A stretch of 24,688 nucleotides of DNA from a virus (taxonomy: Duplodnaviria > Caudoviricetes): IMG/VR virus record IMGVR_UViG_3300048839_000498, positions 1 to 24,688 of that record. One strand, written 5' to 3'. How positions within the stretch are numbered: the stretch's first letter is position 1; every line of letters starts with the position of its first letter. Below, piece after piece: positions 1-8,826 of this stretch. Under the pieces are notes generated by a model, which made no database searches, was not told where the DNA came from, and was given only the letters and a program-made list of their open reading frames with translations. A program made the position numbers and the translations under genes.

Positions 1-1
1 G

Positions 2-307
2 CCGGATATTCCCCGCCGCAAGCGCAGTCTGTCCCGGCAAAAAAAACCTGTCATACAACGCTCGAAAAATCGCCCGCGCATCGCTGTCATTTTTCGTGCC
101 GCCGTAGCAGCGCGCCATTACGATGTCACGGTGTTCATCGCCGGACACGTGCGCGGTGCCCGTCTCTGGCGTCACAACAACAAGTGGGTGCGTGTTCTTA
201 AATCCGGCGGGCACGCGGTTAATCACCACGTAATCGCCACCCAGTGCGGTGCGGAACGTGCTCGCTGCAAGCAGAAACTGCTGTATGATTTGCAGTTTAT
301 CAATCAC
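2..307 (-). CDS. Putative tail completion/terminator protein, 3'-truncated by the window edge (not in ORF track)
   Basis: GTG at 305-307 overlaps the upstream TGA; open frame MIDKLQIIQQFLLAASTFRTALGGDYVVINRVPAG...MARCYGGTKNDSDARAIFRALYDRF; position after the gp10-like gene. Confidence 0.6.
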   Translation of the reverse strand, partial: MIDKLQIIQQFLLAASTFRTALGGDYVVINRVPAGFKNTHPLVVVTPETGTAHVSGDEHRDIVMARCYGGTKNDSDARAIFRALYDRFFLPGQTALAAGNIR

Positions 308-642
308 AGTTTGTAATCCTTGCGCGCGTTCAAGATGCGTTCAAACTGGACTCGCGCCATTTCACAAGCCCACGCAAAAAACGGCCGCGCTACCATGCGC
401 TTAGTACCGAAATGGACATACGCACCGTAGCCCGTCCGCGACTTCAACAGCAACGAGCGCGGGCGGTCGCTAACCATAATGTGGTTACGCGCAAGGTTGC
501 CGGTGGCCCTGGGCGTCACGCCTTGCTCGCGCGATGCCTCAATAGCGAGGTTGCCGAACATCAACACATCGTCGTGCGTCACCTGCTCAAGTATTTGCTT
601 GAGCCGTGGATTCGGACGAATATCGACGCGCGACTTAGCCAA
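304..642 (-). CDS. HK97 gp10-like neck/tail component
   Basis: Motifs TPRATGNLARN and YGAYVHFGTKRMVARPFF are typical of the family; start uncertain (TTG at 640-642 chosen). Confidence 0.75.
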   Translation of the reverse strand: MAKSRVDIRPNPRLKQILEQVTHDDVLMFGNLAIEASREQGVTPRATGNLARNHIMVSDRPRSLLLKSRTGYGAYVHFGTKRMVARPFFAWACEMARVQFERILNARKDYKL

Positions 643-1105
643 GGATAAAGCCCGCTTCGAAGGTCTGCGAAGATGTGCCAGCGATATCAATAGTCTTCAC
701 GGTGCCGGAGATATCCGCGCTGGCGTCGTTGTGGAAAATTGCCAGCGAACCGCCGGGCTGTACAACCACGCTGCCGGACGTGCCGAAAATCAGGTACGGA
801 TTCGACGCGCCCTGTGTAATCGTCATCGCGTTCGCACCAAGGTTTTTGAAATAGAAACCCTGAACCTTCAGGCCGTTGCCGTCGCCTACCGCGCCACCCA
901 CAGTGTAGAGCGCGCGCAAATCGATAGTGGCCGCGCCCGCTGTCAGCGCGTAAACGTCACCGCTAAAAATCGTCGCGGGCGAGGGCGTGATAGTTTCGTC
1001 AAACTGCGTGTGCTGTACCGATTTTGCGCTGGCGGATAGCGTGTCATCCGCCAGTACTTCGGTCGCGGTAATACCGATCTTGATTGTCGGGCTGGTAAGA
1101 CTCAT
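635..1105 (-). CDS. Putative virion structural protein (beta-rich, T/G/S/A-rich)
   Basis: 156 aa, ATG overlapping the upstream stop, GGAG RBS, lies within the neck module. Confidence 0.55.
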   Translation of the reverse strand: MSLTSPTIKIGITATEVLADDTLSASAKSVQHTQFDETITPSPATIFSGDVYALTAGAATIDLRALYTVGGAVGDGNGLKVQGFYFKNLGANAMTITQGASNPYLIFGTSGSVVVQPGGSLAIFHNDASADISGTVKTIDIAGTSSQTFEAGFILG

Positions 1106-1488
1106 TTTATGGATTCTCCGGTGATGAGCTTCAGGGTTAAAACATTCGCACTCGGACCGAGCTCGGGCGCGCCGACAACCGCATAGATCTGCGGAGATGC
1201 AAGCGCCGTGCCGTGTCGGTGCGTGAGTTCTACGCGGTCAATACTCGCCACGCTTGCCGTTACCGGCAGCCGCAGAATGGCATCGTAAATCGGCGCCTGT
1301 GATCCGTCTTCGACTTCGCCGCGCCTGCCCGGCTCGAAGCCGCAGGGCTGGCCGTCGCTGTATAGCGGGTCTTCCGGCACGCTGTCCAAGCTTCCATATT
1401 CAAATTCAGGCACCGCGCCCAAGCGGCACGTATCGAAAAACGTGAGTGCCGCGGTCTCGCGCATGTAGTCAAAATCTATCGCGTTCAT
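1102..1488 (-). CDS. Putative head-closure (head-tail joining) protein
   Basis: 128 aa; synteny after the adaptor gene; ILRLPV...IDRVEL...IYAVVG beta-strand pattern. Confidence 0.6.
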   Translation of the reverse strand: MNAIDFDYMRETAALTFFDTCRLGAVPEFEYGSLDSVPEDPLYSDGQPCGFEPGRRGEVEDGSQAPIYDAILRLPVTASVASIDRVELTHRHGTALASPQIYAVVGAPELGPSANVLTLKLITGESIK

Positions 1489-1955
1489 ACGTCCACCGGT
1501 TCAAGCGGCGGCGTGTATCGCGGCAGGTCCTGTTCTACTTCAACGATGCGGCCATAGTTATCAATCTCGCGCTGGCTCGATACAAGACGCGCCGAACCGA
1601 AACCAGCACGGCCACGGAACCGTTTCGCCATTTTTGTGTATTGCTCGAAAACTTTGGCCCGGTCGTAGCTCGCGCCGTCCGCGCTGAAATCGAAATCACA
1701 CGCGACAGCCGCCGCCTTCTCATCCCAGATATCAGCCGCCGCCGCATACAACGAATAGGTTGGTGTCCAGTAGGTATTCGCAATCTGCGTGGCTGGTGTC
1801 GTGAGGTAGCTCCAGACAAGCGGGTCTTGCCCGGCGGCATCGCGCACAGGGCGCGCTTCGATAGCCTGTACGATCATCGCGTCGGTATACGTCGCGTCGG
1901 TCGGCTCAGCTATAAGCCTGCGCATCTGGGCGATCTGTTCTGCCGTTGCGGACAT
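1485..1955 (-). CDS. Putative head-tail adaptor/connector protein
   Basis: MRRLIAEPTDATYTDAMI...YAAAADIWDEKAA...FSADGASY pattern; synteny after the capsid genes. Confidence 0.65.
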   Translation of the reverse strand: MSATAEQIAQMRRLIAEPTDATYTDAMIVQAIEARPVRDAAGQDPLVWSYLTTPATQIANTYWTPTYSLYAAAADIWDEKAAAVACDFDFSADGASYDRAKVFEQYTKMAKRFRGRAGFGSARLVSSQREIDNYGRIVEVEQDLPRYTPPLEPVDV

Positions 1956-1973
1956 TCACGTTTCCCTGTGGTC

Positions 1974-2005
1974 AACCGGGCCGCCACCGTAGCAGCGGCC
2001 CAGTC
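1974..2005 (-). terminator. Stable RNA hairpin with C(UACG)G tetraloop after the capsid/decoration genes (weak terminator or mRNA stabiliser)
   Basis: Minus strand GACTGGGCCGCTGC-TACG-GTGGCGGCCCGGTT forms a 14 bp stem including G-U pairs; no long U tract. Confidence 0.55.
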
Positions 2006-2015
2006 ATCGCGTAGA

Positions 2016-2423
2016 TTAAGCGGCGCGCGCGTATTCGACAAACAGGCGCGCGCGCAGTCCGACGGTCGAGGCGGAGCCGTTGACATTCAGAAACTTGTCC
2101 GTGGTCCAGAGCGCCGGAACAGTAATCTCGGTTTTCGTGGTGCCTTGGATGGTCGCGCCGTTGTACATTTTGCCGGCAGCCGCTGCCATCGCAAGCGCGT
2201 TGATGATGTCAGTGCCCGCCGTGGTAGCATCCGCCGCTATACCAGCGCTGAGGTTTGCCGCGTCGGTGCTGTTCGCGGATACGTACAGGGTCGTGCGCAG
2301 GATGATCAGCGGCACGCCTTCGGGATTCGCCATGGAAAAGATCGCGCCGCCAGTCGTGGCGGCAACGCCTTCAAGGTCGATAACAAGGCCCTTGTTACCT
2401 TCGGTGGAAATTGCAGATGCCAT
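2016..2423 (-). CDS. Putative capsid decoration/structural protein
   Basis: ATG at 2421-2423 with AAGGAG RBS; 135 aa, A/T/G-rich, downstream of the major capsid gene. Confidence 0.55.
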   Translation of the reverse strand: MASAISTEGNKGLVIDLEGVAATTGGAIFSMANPEGVPLIILRTTLYVSANSTDAANLSAGIAADATTAGTDIINALAMAAAAGKMYNGATIQGTTKTEITVPALWTTDKFLNVNGSASTVGLRARLFVEYARAA

Positions 2424-2436
2424 GTTACGGCGCTCC

Positions 2437-3042
2437 TTAGATGAGGTAATCAACCATGACGGCGGTGCCGTCCATGGCCGAATTGAGGTCAACGGTATTC
2501 AGTGACAGTACCGTGCTCGATACGGTCACCGTCGGTGCGGTGCCTTCACGTACACCAGTCCGGTACGCAGCAACAACGCTATTCACAGGCAGCTTGTCCG
2601 GCAATCCGAGCTTGTCGGATACGCCCACGGTGTAGGTTGCGTTCGCGCCGTCCTGCACCGGAAATACGATACTGGTCACGGTCTTGAACGCTTTTGCGGT
2701 GCTCTGAATCGTGCTGGCGTTCACGGCAAACGTAATCACGTCGGTAATCACCGCGTCGGCAATATCGGTGCCGGTCACCGTGATATCGCCTGCCGGTACG
2801 TCGCCCGTAGTACCGCCCGGCGTCGCGCTGATACTGCGCGGCACGTCGGGCTGCGCGAGGAACGTGGTAACCGTAGTAACCACGCTATCGCTGGTTGCCG
2901 TCGCGGTAAGCAGCCGGTCAACATCGGCTACAACGGGCGAACCGAGTGAGGCGCGCACCGGAGAAAGCAACGTGTTAAACGTGCCTTGCAGGTCGGTGCT
3001 GGCCCGGCGTGCTACGTTCGTATTGAAAGGGTACAGACTCAT
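2437..3042 (-). CDS. Putative head decoration/structural protein
   Basis: 201 aa, T/V/S-rich beta protein directly after the major capsid gene. Confidence 0.6.
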   Translation of the reverse strand: MSLYPFNTNVARRASTDLQGTFNTLLSPVRASLGSPVVADVDRLLTATATSDSVVTTVTTFLAQPDVPRSISATPGGTTGDVPAGDITVTGTDIADAVITDVITFAVNASTIQSTAKAFKTVTSIVFPVQDGANATYTVGVSDKLGLPDKLPVNSVVAAYRTGVREGTAPTVTVSSTVLSLNTVDLNSAMDGTAVMVDYLI

Positions 3043-3052
3043 AGTCGCCCCC

Positions 3053-4033
3053 TTACGCTACAAGCGTGGCAAACGGGAACCGAGTCGCTTCGGTCTCGTT
3101 CATGCGGTTAATCGGATTCGGAAGCGCGAAGCCGAGGCGCATCACGGCGCGCAACGCAACCATGTCCTGCTGCGCGAGGTTGTAAATGATGTTGCCGCTT
3201 CCGTCCTGAATCACGGCCTGATCCAAGACCTTGTATGTCATGTCCTGGCGCATCGCGTAAACGAGGTGCCGCCACATGCCCGCGATAAGCAGGCTAGAAG
3301 CCGCAACGATGCTACCATTCAGCGGGTACAGAATCGGCGCACCGTCAAGCGTGCCGGTCGCAAACGAGTTGCCTACCTGCTGGCCGGGATGAAAAATCGG
3401 CTGACCGTCCGCAGTGCGCGTGTTGCGCAGCTTGCCACGCATCGAAGTGTGCGCAATGTGGCCGCTAGCGATGAAGCCGTCGGCTTCGAGCGCCATCAAC
3501 ACGCCTGCGGTGCCGCCGGTGGTCTCGCCCAGGAGGGCTTCGTACATGTCGGAATAGTTGGCAAGCGAAAGGTTCTGGCTGGCCGCCGTGGTACCGGCAA
3601 CGAGCCCAGCCGCACCGAGGTTGGTAGTCCAACTTGTCGGAATGTTGGTGCCGTACAGCACCGCCGCGTCGATGGCCTTACCGAACGCCTCGGAAAGCAA
3701 CGGCTTTACCATGCCCCACACGTCAAACGACGTATCGTCAAGCACTGCCTCGGGAATCGGCACGATAACGGCCAGTTCCTCGGCATCGATGTACTTGTTC
3801 GACCAATTGACTTCGGTGGTCTGTTTCTGCGCGATGTCACCGCTCAGGAAATAAGCGGTCGGCAGCGCGGAAACGATGGGGAGCCGCGTCTGCTTCGTGC
3901 TCATGTTCGGCAAGCGCTGGGCGAGCCGCATGACAGCGGACATTTCCGGCGTTGTCTCAATGACCGTCTTCGCCGCATCCTCGGGGATGAGGGCTTGCGC
4001 ATCGCTGCGCGAAATCACGTTATTATATGCCAT
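3053..4033 (-). CDS. Major capsid protein (HK97 fold)
   Basis: 326 aa; ALIPE, AEELAVIVPIPEAVLDD and NLAQQDMVALRAVMRLGF motifs; follows the scaffold gene. Confidence 0.93.
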   Translation of the reverse strand: MAYNNVISRSDAQALIPEDAAKTVIETTPEMSAVMRLAQRLPNMSTKQTRLPIVSALPTAYFLSGDIAQKQTTEVNWSNKYIDAEELAVIVPIPEAVLDDTSFDVWGMVKPLLSEAFGKAIDAAVLYGTNIPTSWTTNLGAAGLVAGTTAASQNLSLANYSDMYEALLGETTGGTAGVLMALEADGFIASGHIAHTSMRGKLRNTRTADGQPIFHPGQQVGNSFATGTLDGAPILYPLNGSIVAASSLLIAGMWRHLVYAMRQDMTYKVLDQAVIQDGSGNIIYNLAQQDMVALRAVMRLGFALPNPINRMNETEATRFPFATLVA

Positions 4034-4038
4034 GCTAG

Positions 4039-4521
4039 TTATCCTCTACCGGCGGCGGCGCGGATAAACGCATTCATGTCGCCGGTCGTGTTTGCGGCCC
4101 CCGCGCCAGCGCCAGCATTGGCGGTGGCCGTAGTGCCGAAAAATTCAGGGTTTTCCTTGCGAAACTTGTCGATATCCAACCGGCCCTTGTTGTCGATGTA
4201 CCCGCCGCCCGTGGCGACAAGGTATGCAGCCCGCGCGTTGCGGATACCGGCGGTGCTGGCTTGCTCCAAGAAATCGGCTTTGCGCTCAGCCTCAGCCGCA
4301 CGCGTTGCCGCGTCGGCCAGCTTCGTTTCGGCGTCCTTGGTTTTGTCCGCGATAGCCGCGTCAAGATCGGCCTTCCACGCTTTCTGCGCGGCGCTCACGC
4401 GGCGGTCGGCCTCGCGTTGCAGGTCGGCTTCGGTGAAAGTCTTTGGGGTCGCGCCCGCGTCCGCCCCGGATTTATCCGTTGCTTCGGCGTTCGTTTCGCC
4501 CTTGTCCTGTTCGTCTGCCAT
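4039..4521 (-). CDS. Capsid scaffolding protein (DUF4355/SPP1 gp11-like)
   Basis: Acidic N-terminus, KTFTEADLQREADRRV, coiled coil, C-terminal DMNAFIRAAAG. Confidence 0.85.
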   Translation of the reverse strand: MADEQDKGETNAEATDKSGADAGATPKTFTEADLQREADRRVSAAQKAWKADLDAAIADKTKDAETKLADAATRAAEAERKADFLEQASTAGIRNARAAYLVATGGGYIDNKGRLDIDKFRKENPEFFGTTATANAGAGAGAANTTGDMNAFIRAAAGRG

Positions 4522-4529
4522 AAAAGAAA

Positions 4530-4585
4530 AATCTCCGTAGGCATTAACCCCGGCGTCGTGCCGAGCGGTGTAGCCTACGGAGATT
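4530..4585 (-). promoter_or_regulatory. 13 bp inverted repeat sequestering the scaffold RBS
   Basis: aatctccgtaggc (4530-4542) and gcctacggagatt (4573-4585) are perfect reverse complements; the GGAG SD lies in the 3' arm of the mRNA stem. Confidence 0.75.
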
Positions 4586-4611
4586 CTATAGCGGTTTTTG
4601 GTAGCTTGCTA
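4583..4611 (-). promoter_or_regulatory. Putative internal promoter for scaffold/capsid genes
   Basis: TAGCAA (4606-4611), 17 bp spacer, TAGAAT (4583-4588) on the minus strand; weak -35. Confidence 0.45.
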
Positions 4612-4622
4612 TATCTGGAGTT

Positions 4623-4913
4623 TTACGCGTGCAAATTGCTAGATATAGCTTTTTCGAGTAGCTTCATTGCATCCCTAACGACGGGGATGTGCCGCGCCGG
4701 AGGCTGGAGCCACCCAATAGCCTTGCCTACCGTCTGGCGGAGGTCCGCATTCTCGAACGGCGCTTCGCAGTCCGCGCGCTCGTATGATTCGTAGGAGGCA
4801 AACTTAGCAGCGCATTTCTTGCACTGCCTGTACCGGCGCGTGGTTTCGCCGTCCGGTTCGTGAACCGTATTCGTTACGCGCGTGTGTTCGTTTCCGCACT
4901 CTGGGCACTTCAT
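4623..4913 (-). CDS. C4 zinc-ribbon protein (NrdR N-terminal / Ogr-Delta-like), putative transcriptional regulator
   Basis: MKCPECG...TRVTNT...RRYRQCKKCAAKFASYE; no recognisable ATP-cone. Confidence 0.75.
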   Translation of the reverse strand: MKCPECGNEHTRVTNTVHEPDGETTRRYRQCKKCAAKFASYESYERADCEAPFENADLRQTVGKAIGWLQPPARHIPVVRDAMKLLEKAISSNLHA

Positions 4914-5692
4914 CCGTCGATAGCCTCCGTTAGTTCCTTCGCCGCAGCCGTGGCCGCAGCACGTTTCTCCGCGCGTTCCCGCGCACCGGCCAGTACTTCT
5001 TCGTGGTAGATATACGACACGCTACACCGGCAGCGCGGATGCTGAGGCGGCTCGCTGGCACCGCTGGTAAACGACTGCTTTACTGGTATCGGTCCCTGCG
5101 CCTCGTTGGCCTGACACTCATCGCTTACGCGGTTGTCGCCGGTCGTCTGCCAGATCTTCCACTTCGCGCCCGCCGCTTTTGCCGCCTCGGCATCGCCTTG
5201 GCTAACGGCTTTCGCCGTCTCCGTGCGCGCGATTACTTCGCGCCGCTCCTTCAGTAGTTGCTCGCGTAGCTTGTCTATTTCGGCCTGCGACGGTGGCGGG
5301 TCGCTGTCTATGAATTTCTGTAACTGTTTCGCGCGCACGCTGTCGAGGTTGTTCACGGCCTTCAGGTCGCGCGCGATAGCCGTTGGGTGCTTGCCGTCCT
5401 TCAGTCCCTGCGCGATGGTCTCGCCGATGTTTTTCAGTTCGGACTCGATAAACGAATTTTGTAACGATGTCGCCGCCGTCTCCGCAAGCGCGCGCGCGTT
5501 GTCGAGAATTTCTTGACTCACTTCGCCGCGAAACTGAGCCACCAACGTATCATAATACGTTTCAACCAGCGCACGCCGTACCACCTCGGATTCAGCAAAC
5601 AGGTAAGCCGCGAGTTCAGCCGCCTCGCGACTCGGCAGGCCTTGTTCAACCATGAGCTCCAGTAGCTGTTCCTCTGTCAGCGGCGCATTCAT
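4910..5692 (-). CDS. Minor head morphogenesis protein (SPP1 gp7 / Mu gpF family)
   Basis: IARTETAKA, KIWQTTGDNRVSDEC and PPQHPRCRCS motifs. Confidence 0.9.
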   Translation of the reverse strand: MNAPLTEEQLLELMVEQGLPSREAAELAAYLFAESEVVRRALVETYYDTLVAQFRGEVSQEILDNARALAETAATSLQNSFIESELKNIGETIAQGLKDGKHPTAIARDLKAVNNLDSVRAKQLQKFIDSDPPPSQAEIDKLREQLLKERREVIARTETAKAVSQGDAEAAKAAGAKWKIWQTTGDNRVSDECQANEAQGPIPVKQSFTSGASEPPQHPRCRCSVSYIYHEEVLAGARERAEKRAAATAAAKELTEAIDG

Positions 5693-7152
5693 GTCACGCT
5701 GGCCCGCATCCGGTCCAGCGCACCGCTGGCAACGAGCCGGTTGACGAGTTCGACGTTGGCCGCCTCAAGCGCGGTCAATAGCGCGGCCTGTATCGCGTTG
5801 CTTTGCCGTTCCACCGTCGCCCGTTGTACCGCCGCTTGTTCGTCTACGCTACCCTGCGGCCCCGGCGTCGCGGGCTGTGCCTGTCCGGCTGTCGGCTTCG
5901 GTGCAACAGCCATCATCGCGCGCGCGTCTTCCATAAGCTGGTTTAGTTGGTCTTCCGTCCAGCCTTCATCGCGGAGGATATTCAAGATCGGGATACCGGC
6001 CTGCGTGTTGGTGAGGCGCGTGGTAGCTTGGCTCTGTGGCTGTACGGTGTGCGGTTCCTGCCAAATACACTCAATGTCTTCCGGGTCCACCGTCTGGCCC
6101 TGAATCATGAGGCAAAACGCCATGGCCCGCTGCCACTCTTCGCCCAATATACCTTGGTATAGTTCGATCTTCGCGATCAGCGGCGCCTCCATCGCCTGCA
6201 ACGCTTCGCCGCTCGCGTTCGCACCTTGCCCGGTGAAGTAGTGCTTGGGCGTTGCGCTCAACACCGCCATCGCGTCCGCCATGGAATCTATCGGCTCCAG
6301 ATAATTGCCGGGGTCACCAACGGGGAACGCGCCCACACCGCTAGGCTGATCGCCCGCTTCCGCTGCGGGAATCTTCAACAACGTACCCGGCCCCACGGGT
6401 AGCCCGCCTGCCTGTTCGTCCCAATGGCCGATGCCCCAGCGCTGCGGGAAACTGGTGAATTCGGACGATACCATCATATCGTTGAGCAGCTTATTCATCG
6501 CGTCTTGCAGGGACAAAACGCCCGCTGTGAGTTCGCCGGTACAGACGCGGCGGCCCGTGCGGAAATGAAATACCGGAATCACGCCGTAGGGGTTTAGCTC
6601 AGACGATTGCAGCGTGTACGCGCTCGCGTTCATCGGCTCGTTTTTCGATTCGTAATGTTCGATGGTGCCGGGGTAGTACAGGTTCAGGTAGTAGGTTTTA
6701 TTCGACACCCAGCGCTTACAGGCCACGCGCGGCACGTCGGGATATTCATCTTCGTAGATGACGTGCGCCTGTCGCGGGTCGTGGTAGTACGCGACGGGCT
6801 TCCCTGTCGGCCCCTGCCACGCGACAAGGTACGATTCGCCCGTGGATAGCGCGGCGGTGTGCAGGTCGTTGGCCGCCCGGTGCAATACGCGCTTCCATAT
6901 ATCTTCCATCGTTTCGATAGTCGCGTCATCGTCCGCGTTCCACGCCTGCACCTTGAGTCGGTTTCGGCTGGCGTCAACGATAACCTGGCACCAGTTCTTC
7001 TTAAACACAACGCCGTTCGGCACAACCTGATTCATCTTCGGGTTGATAAACGCAATCGGGTGCTGCCCGTCGTAATAGCGCCAGCGCAGCGAGTGCGCTA
7101 TCTGCTTCGCGGCCATCGCGTCGTAGCACAGTTTCAGGTCGTTTTCTATCAT
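5689..7152 (-). CDS. Portal protein (SPP1 gp6-like)
   Basis: RYYDGQHP, KNWCQVIVDA, NPYGVIPVFHF, SFPQRW and ASGEAL motifs; ATG at 7150-7152 overlaps the terL stop. Confidence 0.92.
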   Translation of the reverse strand: MIENDLKLCYDAMAAKQIAHSLRWRYYDGQHPIAFINPKMNQVVPNGVVFKKNWCQVIVDASRNRLKVQAWNADDDATIETMEDIWKRVLHRAANDLHTAALSTGESYLVAWQGPTGKPVAYYHDPRQAHVIYEDEYPDVPRVACKRWVSNKTYYLNLYYPGTIEHYESKNEPMNASAYTLQSSELNPYGVIPVFHFRTGRRVCTGELTAGVLSLQDAMNKLLNDMMVSSEFTSFPQRWGIGHWDEQAGGLPVGPGTLLKIPAAEAGDQPSGVGAFPVGDPGNYLEPIDSMADAMAVLSATPKHYFTGQGANASGEALQAMEAPLIAKIELYQGILGEEWQRAMAFCLMIQGQTVDPEDIECIWQEPHTVQPQSQATTRLTNTQAGIPILNILRDEGWTEDQLNQLMEDARAMMAVAPKPTAGQAQPATPGPQGSVDEQAAVQRATVERQSNAIQAALLTALEAANVELVNRLVASGALDRMRASVT

Positions 7153-8429
7153 GAAGCCGTCGCCTCTTTGTTTCCGCGCCGTAGTAGCGACGCGCCAAGC
7201 CATACGAACGCGTCAAGCCGGTTCGGCGATTCGCCGCGCTCCGGCGTCCAGCCGCATAGTTCGTCTTCAAGTTTTACAAACTCACCGACGAACTTGATTT
7301 TGTTCTGTTCCGTCAACGCGGCGATGGGTTGCGCGCGCGGCACCTTGCCCCGCGAAGCCCATACTTTTTGCATAGGCACGTTAGCATCAACCGTGCGCAA
7401 GACGTGCCGCACCATTTCGCCGCCTTGATTGGCCTCATAAATAATTTTGTCCGCCTTGTGCCGGTGATACGCCCGCACGGTCGCGCGACCCCACGCGTCT
7501 GGGCTTCCCTGTAGCGTGTCATCGGCAATCACGTACATAAGTCCGTTGCTTCCCTTGCCGCCCGTCACGATTCCCGCCTCATCGCCGCCGGGCGTGGCTG
7601 AGGGGTCGAGCGCTACGTGCATCCGCACGATTTCGACGCCTTCCGGCACACGTAGAACGCGGTTCCTATCTATCCACTCGCGCCGCCAGAGCGCGCCAGG
7701 GTCATCAACCTGCCAGAGTCCCTCGCGTAGCTGTTTCCGTGTTGCGGGGTCGAGCTTAGATAGCGCTTCCTCATATTCCGCCTGCCCGATGTGCGGATTG
7801 TCTTCAAGCCGGGCCGAAATGAATGCCGCCGTCGCGGTCGCGGGGTCGATAAACCTGCGATGCACCCAAGCGTGCCCGATGCCGCCGGGATTCGTCGCGG
7901 CCCGCATCCGCACCGGCACCGTAGCGGCCACCAAGCGCCGCAGGCGGCTGAAGAGGTAGGTATATTGCTGTTCGGTGAACTGCGTAAGTTCGTCGAAGCC
8001 TACGAACTGGAATTCTGAACCCTGATAGCGGTATTTGTCGTTGTCGCTATCGAGGTAGCCGAACGTGAGGCTAGCGCCGCTGGGGAATACGAACGACTTT
8101 TCCGAAGCCACCCATCGGGCATCGGTCCCCATGAGCCACTGCTTTGCACGGTCCATGATGGCGCCCGGCATCGCGAGGTCGGGGAACGTCCGGCGTAACA
8201 GCAGGGCGCGGTAGTCCGGCACATGGACGAACTGGAGCGCGGCCATAATCATAGCGTCGGATTTGCCGCCGCCCGCCGCACCGCCGTAGAGTAGTTCGGC
8301 CTCATCAATGTGCGCGAGGAATTCAGCCTGCTTCGTGGTCGGCAAGTGCGGGATGTAGCGGTTGCTCAGGACGGTGTGTCCGAACGTCGCGAATGTCGAG
8401 GCAAGGCTAGCCACGAGTAGAAACAGCAC
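7149..8429 (-). CDS. terL: Terminase large subunit
   Basis: Walker A GGAAGGGKS, Walker B FVGFDE, ATNPGG, nuclease motifs ALDPS/DEAGIV/SPNRLDA; start uncertain. Confidence 0.95.
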   Translation of the reverse strand: MLFLLVASLASTFATFGHTVLSNRYIPHLPTTKQAEFLAHIDEAELLYGGAAGGGKSDAMIMAALQFVHVPDYRALLLRRTFPDLAMPGAIMDRAKQWLMGTDARWVASEKSFVFPSGASLTFGYLDSDNDKYRYQGSEFQFVGFDELTQFTEQQYTYLFSRLRRLVAATVPVRMRAATNPGGIGHAWVHRRFIDPATATAAFISARLEDNPHIGQAEYEEALSKLDPATRKQLREGLWQVDDPGALWRREWIDRNRVLRVPEGVEIVRMHVALDPSATPGGDEAGIVTGGKGSNGLMYVIADDTLQGSPDAWGRATVRAYHRHKADKIIYEANQGGEMVRHVLRTVDANVPMQKVWASRGKVPRAQPIAALTEQNKIKFVGEFVKLEDELCGWTPERGESPNRLDAFVWLGASLLRRGNKEATAS

Positions 8430-8826
8430 GCTGTATAGCCTCCATGTAGGTGGCTACGGCTTCGTCGGCTGAGATAGCGGGCTGGTACGGCTGTGTGCCG
8501 TCCGGGGTAGTGGGAGCGATCTTCGTCGCGCCGTCCCAGCCTTTGAGCTTGGCGAGCCTATCAGCGGCCTTGATGGAGTCCGCATCCGAACCGCCCAGCA
8601 TAATTTGCGTCATACGCTCGCACGTCTGTTCGTAAGTCGCGATGCTCGCGGACTGGACAGACGCGCGGAGTCTGGATAGCTCATCTATGATGTTAACGTT
8701 CGCTAACAACCGGGAAGCTTGCTCATTCGCTGTTCGTGGGGAGTAACCCGCCCGCGTGGCTGCTTGTGTCCCGTTCGAGTCCTTGAGGTACTCGCGGACG
8801 AACGCGGCCTGTTTCGGTGTGAGCAT
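8407..8826 (-). CDS. terS: Terminase small subunit
   Basis: LTPKQAAFVREYLKDSNGTQAATRAGYSPRTANEQASRLL signature. Confidence 0.95.
   Translation of the reverse strand: MLTPKQAAFVREYLKDSNGTQAATRAGYSPRTANEQASRLLANVNIIDELSRLRASVQSASIATYEQTCERMTQIMLGGSDADSIKAADRLAKLKGWDGATKIAPTTPDGTQPYQPAISADEAVATYMEAIQRAVSTRG

Noticed and set aside
1446-2444. 332 aa plus-strand ORF and the other plus-strand ORFs across the window
   Set aside because: They lie opposite well-supported minus-strand genes, are often Arg/Ser/Pro-rich and show no domain signatures
2711-4540. 609 aa plus-strand ORF
   Set aside because: Antisense shadow of the scaffold, capsid and decoration genes, expected from GC-rich codon bias; no recognisable motifs
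4623-4913. Calling this gene nrdR
   Set aside because: Only the zinc ribbon is similar; no ATP-cone is recognisable and the context is a phage head module
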